Virus record (IMG/VR): IMGVR_UViG_3300031753_000009
Coordinates: 1 to 53,448 of that record
DNA length: 53,448 nucleotides
DNA from: a virus
Taxonomy: Duplodnaviria; Caudoviricetes
Strand: one strand, 5' to 3'
Each line of letters opens with the position of its first letter. The stretch's first letter is position 1. A program made the translations under genes and the position numbers. Shown here in pieces: positions 19,537-28,624 of this stretch. The notes under the pieces are model-generated. The model made no database searches, had not been told where the DNA came from, and saw only the letters and a list, made by a program, of their open reading frames with translations.

Positions 19537-20355
19537 ATGCCCATCGAAATGAAATGCTTGAACTGCGAACAGCCGTTTTACTGCTATCAAAGCGAGGTTG
19601 ATCAGGGACGCAAATATTGCAGCATCCAATGCCGAGGAAAGCACCTGCACAAAAAACCCAACGCCGCGAGCCGCACGCCGGTAAACTTCGCCTGCAAAGA
19701 ATGCAAACAACCTTTTACGATGATGCAATCGTACTTGGCCGCTTACCGCAAAAGATTCAAAAAAGACCCGATGTACTGCTCGATGAACTGTTCGAACATT
19801 GGGCGCCGCAAAGATTCGGATGAAAGAAACAAATTCACGTGCCAACAATGCGGTAAAGAAGAAAATAGAAGCCGCTACAGCAAGCATTTTCGAATATACC
19901 GCGAGCAAAAATATTGCAGCCACGAATGTAAAGTTGCGGCGCAAGAAGTTGCGGCGTTCAAACGCTACGAATCGGGAGACATCAGCCGGCATATCAAGCG
20001 GAACGGCTACGTCTGGATTTCCGTGCCCGCCTTGGCGAACAACGGAAAAAGAACCGAAACTATGGAACACCGCTACGTAATGGCGAAGAAGCTCGGTCGC
20101 GAACTGCACAAAGACGAAACGGTGCATCACATCAACGGCAACCGGCAGGACAACCGGCTCGAAAACCTTGAACTGTTCTCGTCCCGGCACGGTCCCGGCC
20201 AACGCGTAATCGACAAGGTTCAATTCGCAATTGACATGCTGCTCACCTACCCTGAATTTGGGCGAGCCGCAGGATACGAATTGAAGCCGATTGGACATCT
20301 TAGCGCCGACCCGCCCCACGTTGATCGTTCAACGTCTGCTGAACGCGCGACATGA
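19537..20355 (+). CDS. HNH endonuclease with three CxxC...YCSxxC zinc fingers
   Basis: EHRYVM...VHHINGNRQDNRLENLEL; ATG at 19537 after AAGGAA. Confidence 0.85.
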   Translation: MPIEMKCLNCEQPFYCYQSEVDQGRKYCSIQCRGKHLHKKPNAASRTPVNFACKECKQPFTMMQSYLAAYRKRFKKDPMYCSMNCSNIGRRKDSDERNKFTCQQCGKEENRSRYSKHFRIYREQKYCSHECKVAAQEVAAFKRYESGDISRHIKRNGYVWISVPALANNGKRTETMEHRYVMAKKLGRELHKDETVHHINGNRQDNRLENLELFSSRHGPGQRVIDKVQFAIDMLLTYPEFGRAAGYELKPIGHLSADPPHVDRSTSAERAT

Positions 20356-20905
20356 GCGCGCCGTCAGAAATGCCGTTCTTTCCCGCCTTGAGAAGCTGAT
20401 CGACATACTTGTCGTCCGCCTGCGCCGTCTCGACAGGCGCCTCAGCGAAATTCCACGGACCAGAGCCCATCGGAGCAAGCGGCTGTGCCGGCGGATGATC
20501 GCGCTCAAAAATGGCGGCGGCGTCGAGAGGATCGAGGATGCCCTTTTCCTCCATGATCTTCTCGACGGCTTCGATGCCGTCCTTCATCCAGCCCTTTTCG
20601 CGCAGCTTGGCAATGCCGGTGTCGCGCATCTGGCGCAACGTGGTCAGCTTGGAATCCCGCTCGCGCTCAGCTTTCTCATCGTCGAGACGCTTCTGAAGCG
20701 CCGCGATCTGATCAGATGCTTCCTTCTTAACGGCTTCCAGCGGATCGGGCTCATCAAGCTCGGGAATCTTCGCGGTCGGATCGACGATCTTCTGCGCCTC
20801 CATGAGCTTCCTGGCGGCCTTCGGATTCTTCATCCAATGCTCGACCGTCGAGCGCAGACGGCGGTTCTGCTGAAGCTCAAGTTCGTCAATCTCGACCAGC
20901 GGCAT
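20300..20905 (-). CDS. Putative capsid scaffolding protein
   Basis: 201 aa, charged coiled-coil, upstream of the capsid gene. Confidence 0.65.
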   Translation of the reverse strand: MPLVEIDELELQQNRRLRSTVEHWMKNPKAARKLMEAQKIVDPTAKIPELDEPDPLEAVKKEASDQIAALQKRLDDEKAERERDSKLTTLRQMRDTGIAKLREKGWMKDGIEAVEKIMEEKGILDPLDAAAIFERDHPPAQPLAPMGSGPWNFAEAPVETAQADDKYVDQLLKAGKNGISDGALMSRVQQTLNDQRGAGRR

Positions 20906-20917
20906 GACGTAAATTCC

Positions 20918-21103
20918 TTACTTGCCGACCGTCGATCCCGCATTCGGGACATGATTGATGGGAAGGGCGCCGGACTTCATCGTCGCCGGGAGGTGACTCT
21001 TGCGGCCCTGAATCTCGATCTCGTCCATAGAGACGCGGACGATCTGCTCATCGCCCGTGGGGACGGTCTTCGCAGAGTTTTGGAAAATGTTGACGTTTGA
21101 CAT
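20918..21103 (-). CDS. Small hypothetical head-module protein
   Basis: 61 aa, packed in the operon. Confidence 0.6.
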   Translation of the reverse strand: MSNVNIFQNSAKTVPTGDEQIVRVSMDEIEIQGRKSHLPATMKSGALPINHVPNAGSTVGK

Positions 21104-21109
21104 TTGCGT

Positions 21110-21292
21110 TCAACCCTTCTTGCCGAAGCGCGGACGTTCCATCATGTCGGTCGGCTGCAAATCGGTGGCATTCATCCACGCCATCGATTGATAATTCTTG
21201 CGAACTTCCTCAACCGACTGCGCCGACTTGCAGCACGCGCTCTCGGACATCGGCGTCTGATCGTGAAAGATTGTCTCGCGCGCCATGCTCAA
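21110..21292 (-). CDS. Small hypothetical head-module protein
   Basis: 60 aa, packed in the operon. Confidence 0.55.
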   Translation of the reverse strand: MSMARETIFHDQTPMSESACCKSAQSVEEVRKNYQSMAWMNATDLQPTDMMERPRFGKKG

Positions 21293-21687
21293 GCCGCCAT
21301 CTTGGGCGGCATCTGCTGCCCGCCTTGCCCTTGGCCCTGCATCATCTGCTGGCGCAACTGCTGCTGCATGTCGCCGTTCTGCCGGTTCTGAAGCGCCATC
21401 TTCTCGATCTGATTGCGCTCCTGCATGTTCGAATTGGTGCCCGGCGGAACGTGTTTGGCGAGCGCAGTCATGGCTTTCATAAGCGCTTGTCCCACCTCGG
21501 ATGTCGCGCCCACAAGGGGGAGAATCTCGGACATCTGCTTGACGATTAGCCCCACCCGCTGCATTCCTGCGGCTTCATAACCCTTGTTCGGCGTCGGACC
21601 CGTAATGGGGCTCGCACCGAACGGCGCCTGTTGTGGCTGGGGTTGCTGCCCAGGAGACTGAGCAGCGGGCGGGGAAACTTCCGGCAT
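21289..21687 (-). CDS. Gln/Pro-rich hypothetical head-module protein
   Basis: 132 aa with low-complexity ends and a helical core. Confidence 0.7.
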   Translation of the reverse strand: MPEVSPPAAQSPGQQPQPQQAPFGASPITGPTPNKGYEAAGMQRVGLIVKQMSEILPLVGATSEVGQALMKAMTALAKHVPPGTNSNMQERNQIEKMALQNRQNGDMQQQLRQQMMQGQGQGGQQMPPKMAA

Positions 21688-21690
21688 GGA

Positions 21691-21729
21691 TTACCGGCGA
21701 CCCTTGCGGCCCTTCCGACGAAAACGCAT
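21691..21729 (-). CDS. 12-aa basic micropeptide MRFRRKGRKGRR
   Basis: AGGAG (21741-21737) 7 nt upstream of the ATG; TAA 3 nt before the next ATG. Confidence 0.55.
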   Translation of the reverse strand: MRFRRKGRKGRR

Positions 21730-21856
21730 CTGCATGCTCCTGTTTAAAGGGGTTGGATCGCACCATTGCGACTAGCGCAGTATCCGGCAAAGACTTTAGA
21801 AGTCCAATTAAAGCCCCTCTTGCGTTTCAAGCTTCTATGTATTATCAGTCTCAATC

Positions 21857-22120
21857 GTGAATCGACGGCGCCGCGAACAAGATTCCGAAGTCGAAAAACG
21901 GTACTGGACCGTCAAGGATGCTGCGCGTTACTTGAACATATCCCCCGTAACGTTTTACGGATGGCTCACCGATCAAGGCGTGAAACGTCCGGTCAAATTG
22001 TTCGGCAGCAAGCCTCCGCACTGCCGCTTCGGCGTCAATGTCATCCGCATTCCGATCAAAGAATTTATCGAGTGGGTCAACAAAAGAGAGGACTCCAACA
22101 AATGCACGCCATCACCCTGA
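21857..22120 (+). CDS. Excisionase/MerR-type helix-turn-helix protein
   Basis: YWTVKDAARYLNISPVTFYGW...RFGVNVIRIPIKEFIEWV. Confidence 0.75.
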   Translation: MNRRRREQDSEVEKRYWTVKDAARYLNISPVTFYGWLTDQGVKRPVKLFGSKPPHCRFGVNVIRIPIKEFIEWVNKREDSNKCTPSP

Positions 22121-22458
22121 CGGTTGGCCCGCTTGCCTGGTCCCTGCTGTTCAAAACCGCCGAAAAGGCGCAGGAAGCATGGACGCTATACAAAACCAAC
22201 AGTGAATCGGAAGTCGAGATTGCCGACGATTTCGGCCAAATCGTTCACGCCTTCCCCGGCGCGCTCACTGGCGGCATGCTTGAAGATTTGAACGAAACCA
22301 AGCGCGCACACATCGAACGCGCGCTGCATCAGGCGCGCATGCAGAACGAAGTGCAACAAGCAGCGGAAGCCGATGCGGGACTGCGCTTGCGTCGCGGACC
22401 AGCGATGCTCAGTCCGATGGGGATGCCGGGGGGATTCAACGGGGTAGGGAGGAACTAG
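22102..22458 (+). CDS. Hypothetical protein
   Basis: ATG at 22102 after GAGGA; 118 aa. Confidence 0.65.
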   Translation: MHAITLTVGPLAWSLLFKTAEKAQEAWTLYKTNSESEVEIADDFGQIVHAFPGALTGGMLEDLNETKRAHIERALHQARMQNEVQQAAEADAGLRLRRGPAMLSPMGMPGGFNGVGRN

Positions 22459-22471
22459 CTGGGGGTGCGCC

Positions 22472-22768
22472 GTGAGCAAATCTCACAAGACATACGGCCC
22501 GGTCGCTTGGTCTAAGGACCTACTCGACGCTGTGCACCATATCCCGAGTGATAATAACGATCCCGAGGTCACGCCGGAAACCGTCAAGGGCTGGGCGGCG
22601 AACGCGCAGAAACATGCCGTTCAATTTCGCAAGGATCACGAGGCGTTGATCGAAGAGATTAACGCTTGCCGCCCGTCAACTGCTTCTTCGCCAACGCCTC
22701 ACCCAGCTCGGGGTGCTCCTGCAAAAGCTTCTGAAGCATCGCCTGCTTGGCCTCGTTCTGCTTCCTGA
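22472..22768 (+). CDS. Hypothetical protein overlapping the portal 3' end
   Basis: GTG start after GGGG; convergent overlap with the portal gene. Confidence 0.45.
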   Translation: MSKSHKTYGPVAWSKDLLDAVHHIPSDNNDPEVTPETVKGWAANAQKHAVQFRKDHEALIEEINACRPSTASSPTPHPARGAPAKASEASPAWPRSAS

Positions 22769-24380
22769 TGCCGAGCTTCGCTTCTTCCTTGTTCGGGAAC
22801 GGCAGGTTGTCGATCACATAATCCGCCGTCACGATCCCGAGCTTGAACGACGTGATGATCAACTGCATGTTTTCATCGGAGAAGATCGGACTCGACGAGT
22901 GCGAATCGACGCTCACGCGCCAGTCCGCCGGCAAGTCCATCAGCTTGAACGATGTGGCGTCGATCGCTTGCAACGTATCGCCCTTCGTCCAATAGTTGCT
23001 GGAGTCCTTCGCTTCCTTAAGTTCCAACGACAGATCGGCCGCCATCGCGGCCTGACGTTCCACCGTCAATGCCTGATCCCGCTGCGTCGCCGAGCCCGTC
23101 TTGAGAAGCGTATCAGCGTGGACGCCTGCGCGCACACCTGACTCACCGCGCCCCTGCATCAACTCAGAGAAGCCGCCAAGCCAATTGATCGTATCGAGCA
23201 AGAACTTGATCATCGGCATCATTTCGGACGGAATGCCGGGCGTCAAATCCTGCACCTTTGAGTTCGGCCCAAGCTTCATGTAACCGGCATTACGCATCTG
23301 GCCGTACTGCTCGTCCGTAATCCCGTCGTCAGACATGAACGCAAGGATTTTATCGACTTGCAGCCCGAACAACCGACGGGCATCATCGCACCACGTAGCC
23401 AAGAGTCCCTGCGGCTCGATCAGATCGACAAGCTCGCTGCGCCCCCAGAACCAGTTCGACACTTCATTAGGCTGAATGAGCGTGTACGGATGTCGGTGCT
23501 CCACGCCAAGGATGTTCATGTGCCGGCCGAACGGTGCGATGATGATATCCGGCTCGACCATAATGATCGTCACGTAGTCTTCTTCGCCCTTCACCCACAG
23601 CTCATGAACATTGACAACATCCGCCGATACCTGCGGCCCCATGATGGCGTAGTTCGGATCGTTGTTGAGCTGCACGATGCCGCCAGGGAGCGGACGCGTA
23701 TTGCTGTTCACGCCTGTCTGCAACTGCGAAGTCGAAAGCACCTGATGAAAGTAGGATTGCGGATCGGACATCGCCTGACCGCGCATGGCGTGCGACCTGA
23801 TCCGGTCATACAGCTTGTCCGCCTTGGGCAAATGGTAGATGCGTCGCCATATTTCCGGCAACGTCAGCGTCACCGTCTCAACCATTGCTTCCTGGTTGGA
23901 CAGCTCGTTCTCAGCTTCGTTATAAACCCCGAATTGCCACGGCTGCACCAACTTCTTGTGATAAGTGGGATGCTGATCCTTGCCCTCAACCTGCGGCCAC
24001 TGCTTGAGCAGGCAAGCGCCGTACTTCAATCCCTGAAACACGCCGATCGCGAACGTCTTATCGGTATTGGTCCGCTCCCATGATCGCGTCAGAATCTTAC
24101 CGACAACCTTGGCGCGCTCCAACTGATTTTCAGGGTACTCGCGTTCGTAATCGACGGAGAATTTAAGCTCGACGGGACTAAAGATGTGCGATGCCAACCG
24201 CTGCAAATGGACATTGAGCGTGTTGATCAGCGCCTTGGTGCCGTCATACCGCCCTGTCTCAGCAATGGCGTTGAGCAGCCGGCAATACGAAGCGCGCAAG
24301 CCGACGCTGACACGGCACTGTTCAATGAGTTCATTGGCAAACGGAACGAGCGACTTGTGATCGGTCGGTACGCGGATCAT
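22659..24380 (-). CDS. Portal protein
   Basis: 573 aa after the terminase; WFWGRSELVDL and LMQGRGESGVRAG motifs. Confidence 0.8.
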   Translation of the reverse strand: MIRVPTDHKSLVPFANELIEQCRVSVGLRASYCRLLNAIAETGRYDGTKALINTLNVHLQRLASHIFSPVELKFSVDYEREYPENQLERAKVVGKILTRSWERTNTDKTFAIGVFQGLKYGACLLKQWPQVEGKDQHPTYHKKLVQPWQFGVYNEAENELSNQEAMVETVTLTLPEIWRRIYHLPKADKLYDRIRSHAMRGQAMSDPQSYFHQVLSTSQLQTGVNSNTRPLPGGIVQLNNDPNYAIMGPQVSADVVNVHELWVKGEEDYVTIIMVEPDIIIAPFGRHMNILGVEHRHPYTLIQPNEVSNWFWGRSELVDLIEPQGLLATWCDDARRLFGLQVDKILAFMSDDGITDEQYGQMRNAGYMKLGPNSKVQDLTPGIPSEMMPMIKFLLDTINWLGGFSELMQGRGESGVRAGVHADTLLKTGSATQRDQALTVERQAAMAADLSLELKEAKDSSNYWTKGDTLQAIDATSFKLMDLPADWRVSVDSHSSSPIFSDENMQLIITSFKLGIVTADYVIDNLPFPNKEEAKLGIRKQNEAKQAMLQKLLQEHPELGEALAKKQLTGGKR

Positions 24381-24874
24381 CCGCCCATCGCTCGCTGCAC
24401 CCGTTCCACGGCTCGCGCCCCCGCACGGGGCTCTGCTCGCCCGATCACCTGTCCATTCAACGTGATTGCACCGCTGGAAACGCCATCGCTATAAGCTTGC
24501 CCATTCTCGGCAAAACCGACCGGCGCCTTTGTGGTTGCCTTGATGCGATTGAAAGCCTCATCCGCCTGCTTCGCTGCCATGTCCCCTTCGCGCTGACGGT
24601 CGTGCAGATCGGTGATTCGAAGCGCGGCCATATCGGCGACAGGCGCATCGACCATCTGCGCCGCCAGCTCCGCTCGTCGCTCCGAACCTTGCTCCATGGA
24701 ACGGTAAAGCTGATCGTTCTGCTTGGTCCGAGACGACAGGAACGCCGGCATGACTACATCATCGTCGGGACGATCGGAACCGATAAATTCCTGGCAATGG
24801 AGACAATGCGTGATCTTGCCGCCATCCCATTTGAACTTCTTCTCGCACAGATGGCACTTGATCAGATAGCCCAT
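24377..24874 (-). CDS. Zinc-ribbon-containing hypothetical protein
   Basis: CHLC...CLHC at the N-terminus; coupled to terL and portal. Confidence 0.65.
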   Translation of the reverse strand: MGYLIKCHLCEKKFKWDGGKITHCLHCQEFIGSDRPDDDVVMPAFLSSRTKQNDQLYRSMEQGSERRAELAAQMVDAPVADMAALRITDLHDRQREGDMAAKQADEAFNRIKATTKAPVGFAENGQAYSDGVSSGAITLNGQVIGRAEPRAGARAVERVQRAMGG

Positions 24875-26799
24875 CAGAACCGCCGGCCGCCAGATCGCCA
24901 AGCATTGCGCAAAGCGATACGTGCCTGGCTGGCCCGCTCGCTCCGCTTCGCCGCAAAGAACATATCAAGATGGTTGCGATTAAACAAGGCCACCTGATCG
25001 ACAATCGATTCGCGCCGCTTGGCTTCAACCGATTCCCTGGTCCGCCGCGTCGCAATCAATTCCCGCTGCGCGCGCTCCTCCCAGCAATGTGTAGCAAGCG
25101 CCAACGCCAGCACGCGATCATCCTTCATGGTTCCTTGCGCGCCGATGGAATCACCCTCGCGCGAGATCGACTTCATCTCCCCGATCATGTCCAAAGACCG
25201 GACACGCACGATGCCCCGAGAGACGTGATCCCGCAACCGCTCCAGCAACGTGATCTTAAGACGCGTGTTGGTCAGGAAGTGATAGTTGTAGCCCGAGCCC
25301 ATGGAATCGGGGCGTGTGTAGATGTAGGTGCGCACATTCTGGAAGATGTTGCGCAATCCCTTTTCGTCGATCGCCTCGCGAATGCGCTTGTCGTTCTCGA
25401 TCTGAAATTTTAACGAACGCAGCTCGTTGAACACGGCCGTTCCAGGACCGTTGATTTCCAGGATATAACGAACCTCGTTGTTGTTCTGCCCGTACCAGCC
25501 CATGAGAGCGGCAATTACCCACGCAAGCTGACGCGTGGTAACCAGCGGCCACGCATACTCGGCCACCTGATCGACACCATCGGCATAGCAACGCAAGACC
25601 TGGATCGAGGAGCGATCATTATTCTCGTTCTCGCCGTAAGCCGGATCGACGCCGATCGTGTAACAAGCATCGCTCGGCTCGGGCTCCTCCCACACCTTGA
25701 GTTCGATCGAGCGGGCATTTGCCGCCCGATAAACGCCGAGGGAAGCGAACTCGGAACCGGCCTGGAACATATACGTCTTGAATTTGTCGCTAACGAATTT
25801 GTTAGTTACGTCGGTCAGAACGTCGGCAGAGAAAAACACCGCACCTGTCTGCTGAAAAGCCTCTTCCTCAACCCAGGGTTGTTCTTGGACCCGCGTACTA
25901 CTTCCTTCATATTCCGCATCAGCGTCCCCCTGCTTCTTGGCAACGGGGTTCATCTTGCGCCGAATCCACGCAAGCTGCTCGGGCGTCACTTCATGCCCAT
26001 ACAGTTCCTTAACTTCCCGTATTTTCTTGAACTCCTTTTCGGTCGGAACCTGCTCGCCGTAGAATTTGAAATCCATTTCGGAGCGATCGATCCGCTGGGA
26101 ATCCTTGGACCACCAGCCCAAAAATATGCATTTGCAATGCAGCACATCGAGACGCGCTTCCTTCCACATCTCCCACCATCGATTGAACCCGCGCGCCGTC
26201 GATTCATAAATGTAAAGCCGATCGGGATTCACATCCGATAACGACTGTTGAAAAGCTTCGAGTCCCTCATCGTTGTCCCACGAGCATAATTCCGAGCAAT
26301 GGGCGATAGTGAGCCCGACCGATCGCCCGAGCGTGCCGGAAGTCTTGGACTTCTTGACGCCGGCCGACATGAACAGAACCTTGGAATCATTGCCAAGCGT
26401 CAAACCCGCGCGGTTGTTGCTGACGATGCTTGGAAATTTCAACGAAGCAGGAAGATCGTTGATCATCACTTCAATTTCAGCACGGCTTTCCGACTTGTTG
26501 TTATCCGTGTCGAAAACAATTGCGCCCTTCAAACCGTTATGCACGCCAAGAAGAAAAATGACCAGCGCGCGGATGATCGTCGAAATGCCAAGCTGGCGAG
26601 ACTTGAGCACATAGATTACATGAATGCCTTCCTCAAGCGCATCAAATATTTGAGTAATAGCGCGCCGCTGCCCTTCATAAAGGACTTCGCCAAGACAAAC
26701 ACGTCCATCATCTTTGGAATTGACGTAGCAGCGATTCAAAAAAATGTAAAACGCCTGCTCGACCGCACGACGTTTCTTTGGACTCCACCCAGACATCAC
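24874..26799 (-). CDS. terL: Terminase large subunit
   Basis: Walker A LKSRQLGIST, Walker B AHCSE, coupling motif YESTA, nuclease IGVDPAYG and KDDRV. Confidence 0.92.
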   Translation of the reverse strand: MMSGWSPKKRRAVEQAFYIFLNRCYVNSKDDGRVCLGEVLYEGQRRAITQIFDALEEGIHVIYVLKSRQLGISTIIRALVIFLLGVHNGLKGAIVFDTDNNKSESRAEIEVMINDLPASLKFPSIVSNNRAGLTLGNDSKVLFMSAGVKKSKTSGTLGRSVGLTIAHCSELCSWDNDEGLEAFQQSLSDVNPDRLYIYESTARGFNRWWEMWKEARLDVLHCKCIFLGWWSKDSQRIDRSEMDFKFYGEQVPTEKEFKKIREVKELYGHEVTPEQLAWIRRKMNPVAKKQGDADAEYEGSSTRVQEQPWVEEEAFQQTGAVFFSADVLTDVTNKFVSDKFKTYMFQAGSEFASLGVYRAANARSIELKVWEEPEPSDACYTIGVDPAYGENENNDRSSIQVLRCYADGVDQVAEYAWPLVTTRQLAWVIAALMGWYGQNNNEVRYILEINGPGTAVFNELRSLKFQIENDKRIREAIDEKGLRNIFQNVRTYIYTRPDSMGSGYNYHFLTNTRLKITLLERLRDHVSRGIVRVRSLDMIGEMKSISREGDSIGAQGTMKDDRVLALALATHCWEERAQRELIATRRTRESVEAKRRESIVDQVALFNRNHLDMFFAAKRSERASQARIALRNAWRSGGRRF

Positions 26800-27053
26800 C
26801 GCATCCCAAATGCCTGGCCGGTGCGTCGGCTGTCCTCCAGGTTCTTCAGGACAATCTGAAGACGTGTCGCAATCGTGGACCAGAACTGCGCCGGATCGGC
26901 GGAAGCGTCAAGCATGAGCAGCTCGATCGGCTCCCCGCCATTCTCAGGCGGAACGATCACGCACGCGCCGCCGAACGGCGCCAACTCGTTATGCTTGATG
27001 CGCTCCGACATGGCGTCGAAGCGTTGAGCCAAACTTTGCGCTTCATCACTCAT
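26796..27053 (-). CDS. Hypothetical protein
   Basis: Start MSDEAQ at 27053; coupled to terL. Confidence 0.6.
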   Translation of the reverse strand: MSDEAQSLAQRFDAMSERIKHNELAPFGGACVIVPPENGGEPIELLMLDASADPAQFWSTIATRLQIVLKNLEDSRRTGQAFGMR

Positions 27054-27054
27054 T

Positions 27055-27501
27055 TTAATCTTCACACCCGCGTCCCGCGGCACCGTGATCTCGATCATCC
27101 ACAAAATCGCGCCAATGTCTCCATCCTCGCGGGCAATGGAAACCCCACTGTCGCACGCGGGGTCCGGTTATAAAAAGCGACCAACAAGGTGAATCAACTT
27201 CTATGCGATGTGCAGTAGTCGGCAAACGTATGCGCCAGTCCCCCGCAGCATAGCGTCGAGCGCGACACACGCCGCCTTGGGCTATCGTATGCTCCACATA
27301 CTCGCCCTCCAACAACACAGAAAGATTAACATACATGTGATCATGCAACGCTCGGTCATCGTCGCTACGCAGGAACTGATGCAGATAAATGTTAACAAGT
27401 GCGTTGCGCGGCACTAGCCACCACCGCCTCAAGTAAGGTGCCTCGGCACCGCCAATAATGAAATCCGGTAAGCGCGAATCCGCCACTCGATGCCACCACA
27501 T
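27055..27501 (-). CDS. Cupin-fold phage protein
   Basis: IYLHQFLRSDDDRALHDH...GEYVEH...HRIE...LFITGP...WGFHC. Confidence 0.7.
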   Translation of the reverse strand: MWWHRVADSRLPDFIIGGAEAPYLRRWWLVPRNALVNIYLHQFLRSDDDRALHDHMYVNLSVLLEGEYVEHTIAQGGVCRARRYAAGDWRIRLPTTAHRIEVDSPCWSLFITGPRVRQWGFHCPRGWRHWRDFVDDRDHGAAGRGCED

Positions 27502-27502
27502 T

Positions 27503-27718
27503 TCATTTGTACCTATGCTGATAAAACGGTTTGATCACCGAATTGACGAAGTTGCCGACGCTTGGAGCGCGCGCACACTGGTCCGCTACATCCTCGGGCA
27601 CGTCCAAGTAAACCGAAACCTTACCCGACTTTGCCCATGTGATCAACAACTCGCTCGTATCGCTATCGTATCCGACTTCGGACACCATGGAGCTGAAAAC
27701 GGAGCGAGCCCAACTCAT
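27503..27718 (-). CDS. KTSC-domain protein
   Basis: SSMVSEVGYD...YLDVP...APSVGNFVNSVIK. Confidence 0.85.
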   Translation of the reverse strand: MSWARSVFSSMVSEVGYDSDTSELLITWAKSGKVSVYLDVPEDVADQCARAPSVGNFVNSVIKPFYQHRYK

Positions 27719-28281
27719 CTCGCCGCATCCTCCATTTTCTGACGTTTTAACGCAAGCCGCTCGCTAAGCAAAGGCACAACAGCAGGAGGAAATTGCTCGA
27801 CATAGCGAAGCCAAATATCTGCACGTTTTCCTTTTCCAGGATGAACAAACGGCGCAAAACCCGCTTCGCGAAAACACTTGCCTGGCTCAGAAGTCTTAGC
27901 GCGACCAAAACTCGTTTTGTTCGAATTTACACCTGTTATAATTCCATCCGGCCATGTTACATCCGCAGCGTGAATCCAAGAACCCAAACATGCAATTGCC
28001 TCGCGAATCAAATCAGAAGATAAAAAACGCGTTTCATTGCGAAAAATAGTACATTCAATGCAACGAAGCCCATCCTTGCGCTCTGTTCCTTTTAACCCAC
28101 TCTCCCATTTAGGTCGCCACCAAACAAAAACAGCAGAGCGACCATTTTTTTGCTCGGCGTAAAGACAATAGTTCCACCCCGGCCGCGTCCACATCGGATG
28201 CCCCACTGAAATCCTAGTATAATGACAATCAGCAAGCAACCGTCCTCGTGCGTCGCCCTTATCGATTTCAATCCAACGCAT
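27715..28281 (-). CDS. Possible Mom-like DNA modification protein
   Basis: ADCHYTR, CTIFRNE...SSDLIREA and PGKCFREAGF motifs; family assignment from memory. Confidence 0.4.
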   Translation of the reverse strand: MRWIEIDKGDARGRLLADCHYTRISVGHPMWTRPGWNYCLYAEQKNGRSAVFVWWRPKWESGLKGTERKDGLRCIECTIFRNETRFLSSDLIREAIACLGSWIHAADVTWPDGIITGVNSNKTSFGRAKTSEPGKCFREAGFAPFVHPGKGKRADIWLRYVEQFPPAVVPLLSERLALKRQKMEDAAR

Positions 28282-28624
28282 TTGCAAGTCCTTGTTTCTT
28301 CGCCGCGTCCTCCATTATTTCCTGAACGATCGGCAACAGAACTTCATCGATGTCTTCGATCGTCTCGTCAGCAAAGGCCAGAAATGGAATCTTCAGAATC
28401 TTGACTTCCTTGGCGTCATAAGCCGGATGCTGTTCAGGAACACGCCAAAGGATGATCCGACGCCGCTCACGCTTGTGGTCACCAAGGGACCTGAACTCAG
28501 CCTCGCATTCAGGCATGTAACCCGCCGCTCGCTGCTTATTTACGACAGGGACGAGCCGAGGTGCGCGAATATGCGCGTACCTGCCAGGATGCTGCTGGAA
28601 AAATTGTACGTCGTGATCGATCAT
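28268..28624 (-). CDS. Hypothetical protein
   Basis: ATGA-coupled ORF in the operon. Confidence 0.6.
   Translation of the reverse strand: MIDHDVQFFQQHPGRYAHIRAPRLVPVVNKQRAAGYMPECEAEFRSLGDHKRERRRIILWRVPEQHPAYDAKEVKILKIPFLAFADETIEDIDEVLLPIVQEIMEDAAKKQGLANALD

Noticed and set aside
19459-20319. 286-aa minus-strand ORF co-oriented with the late operon
   Set aside because: Mirror of the HNH gene, which has the motifs, promoter and RBS.
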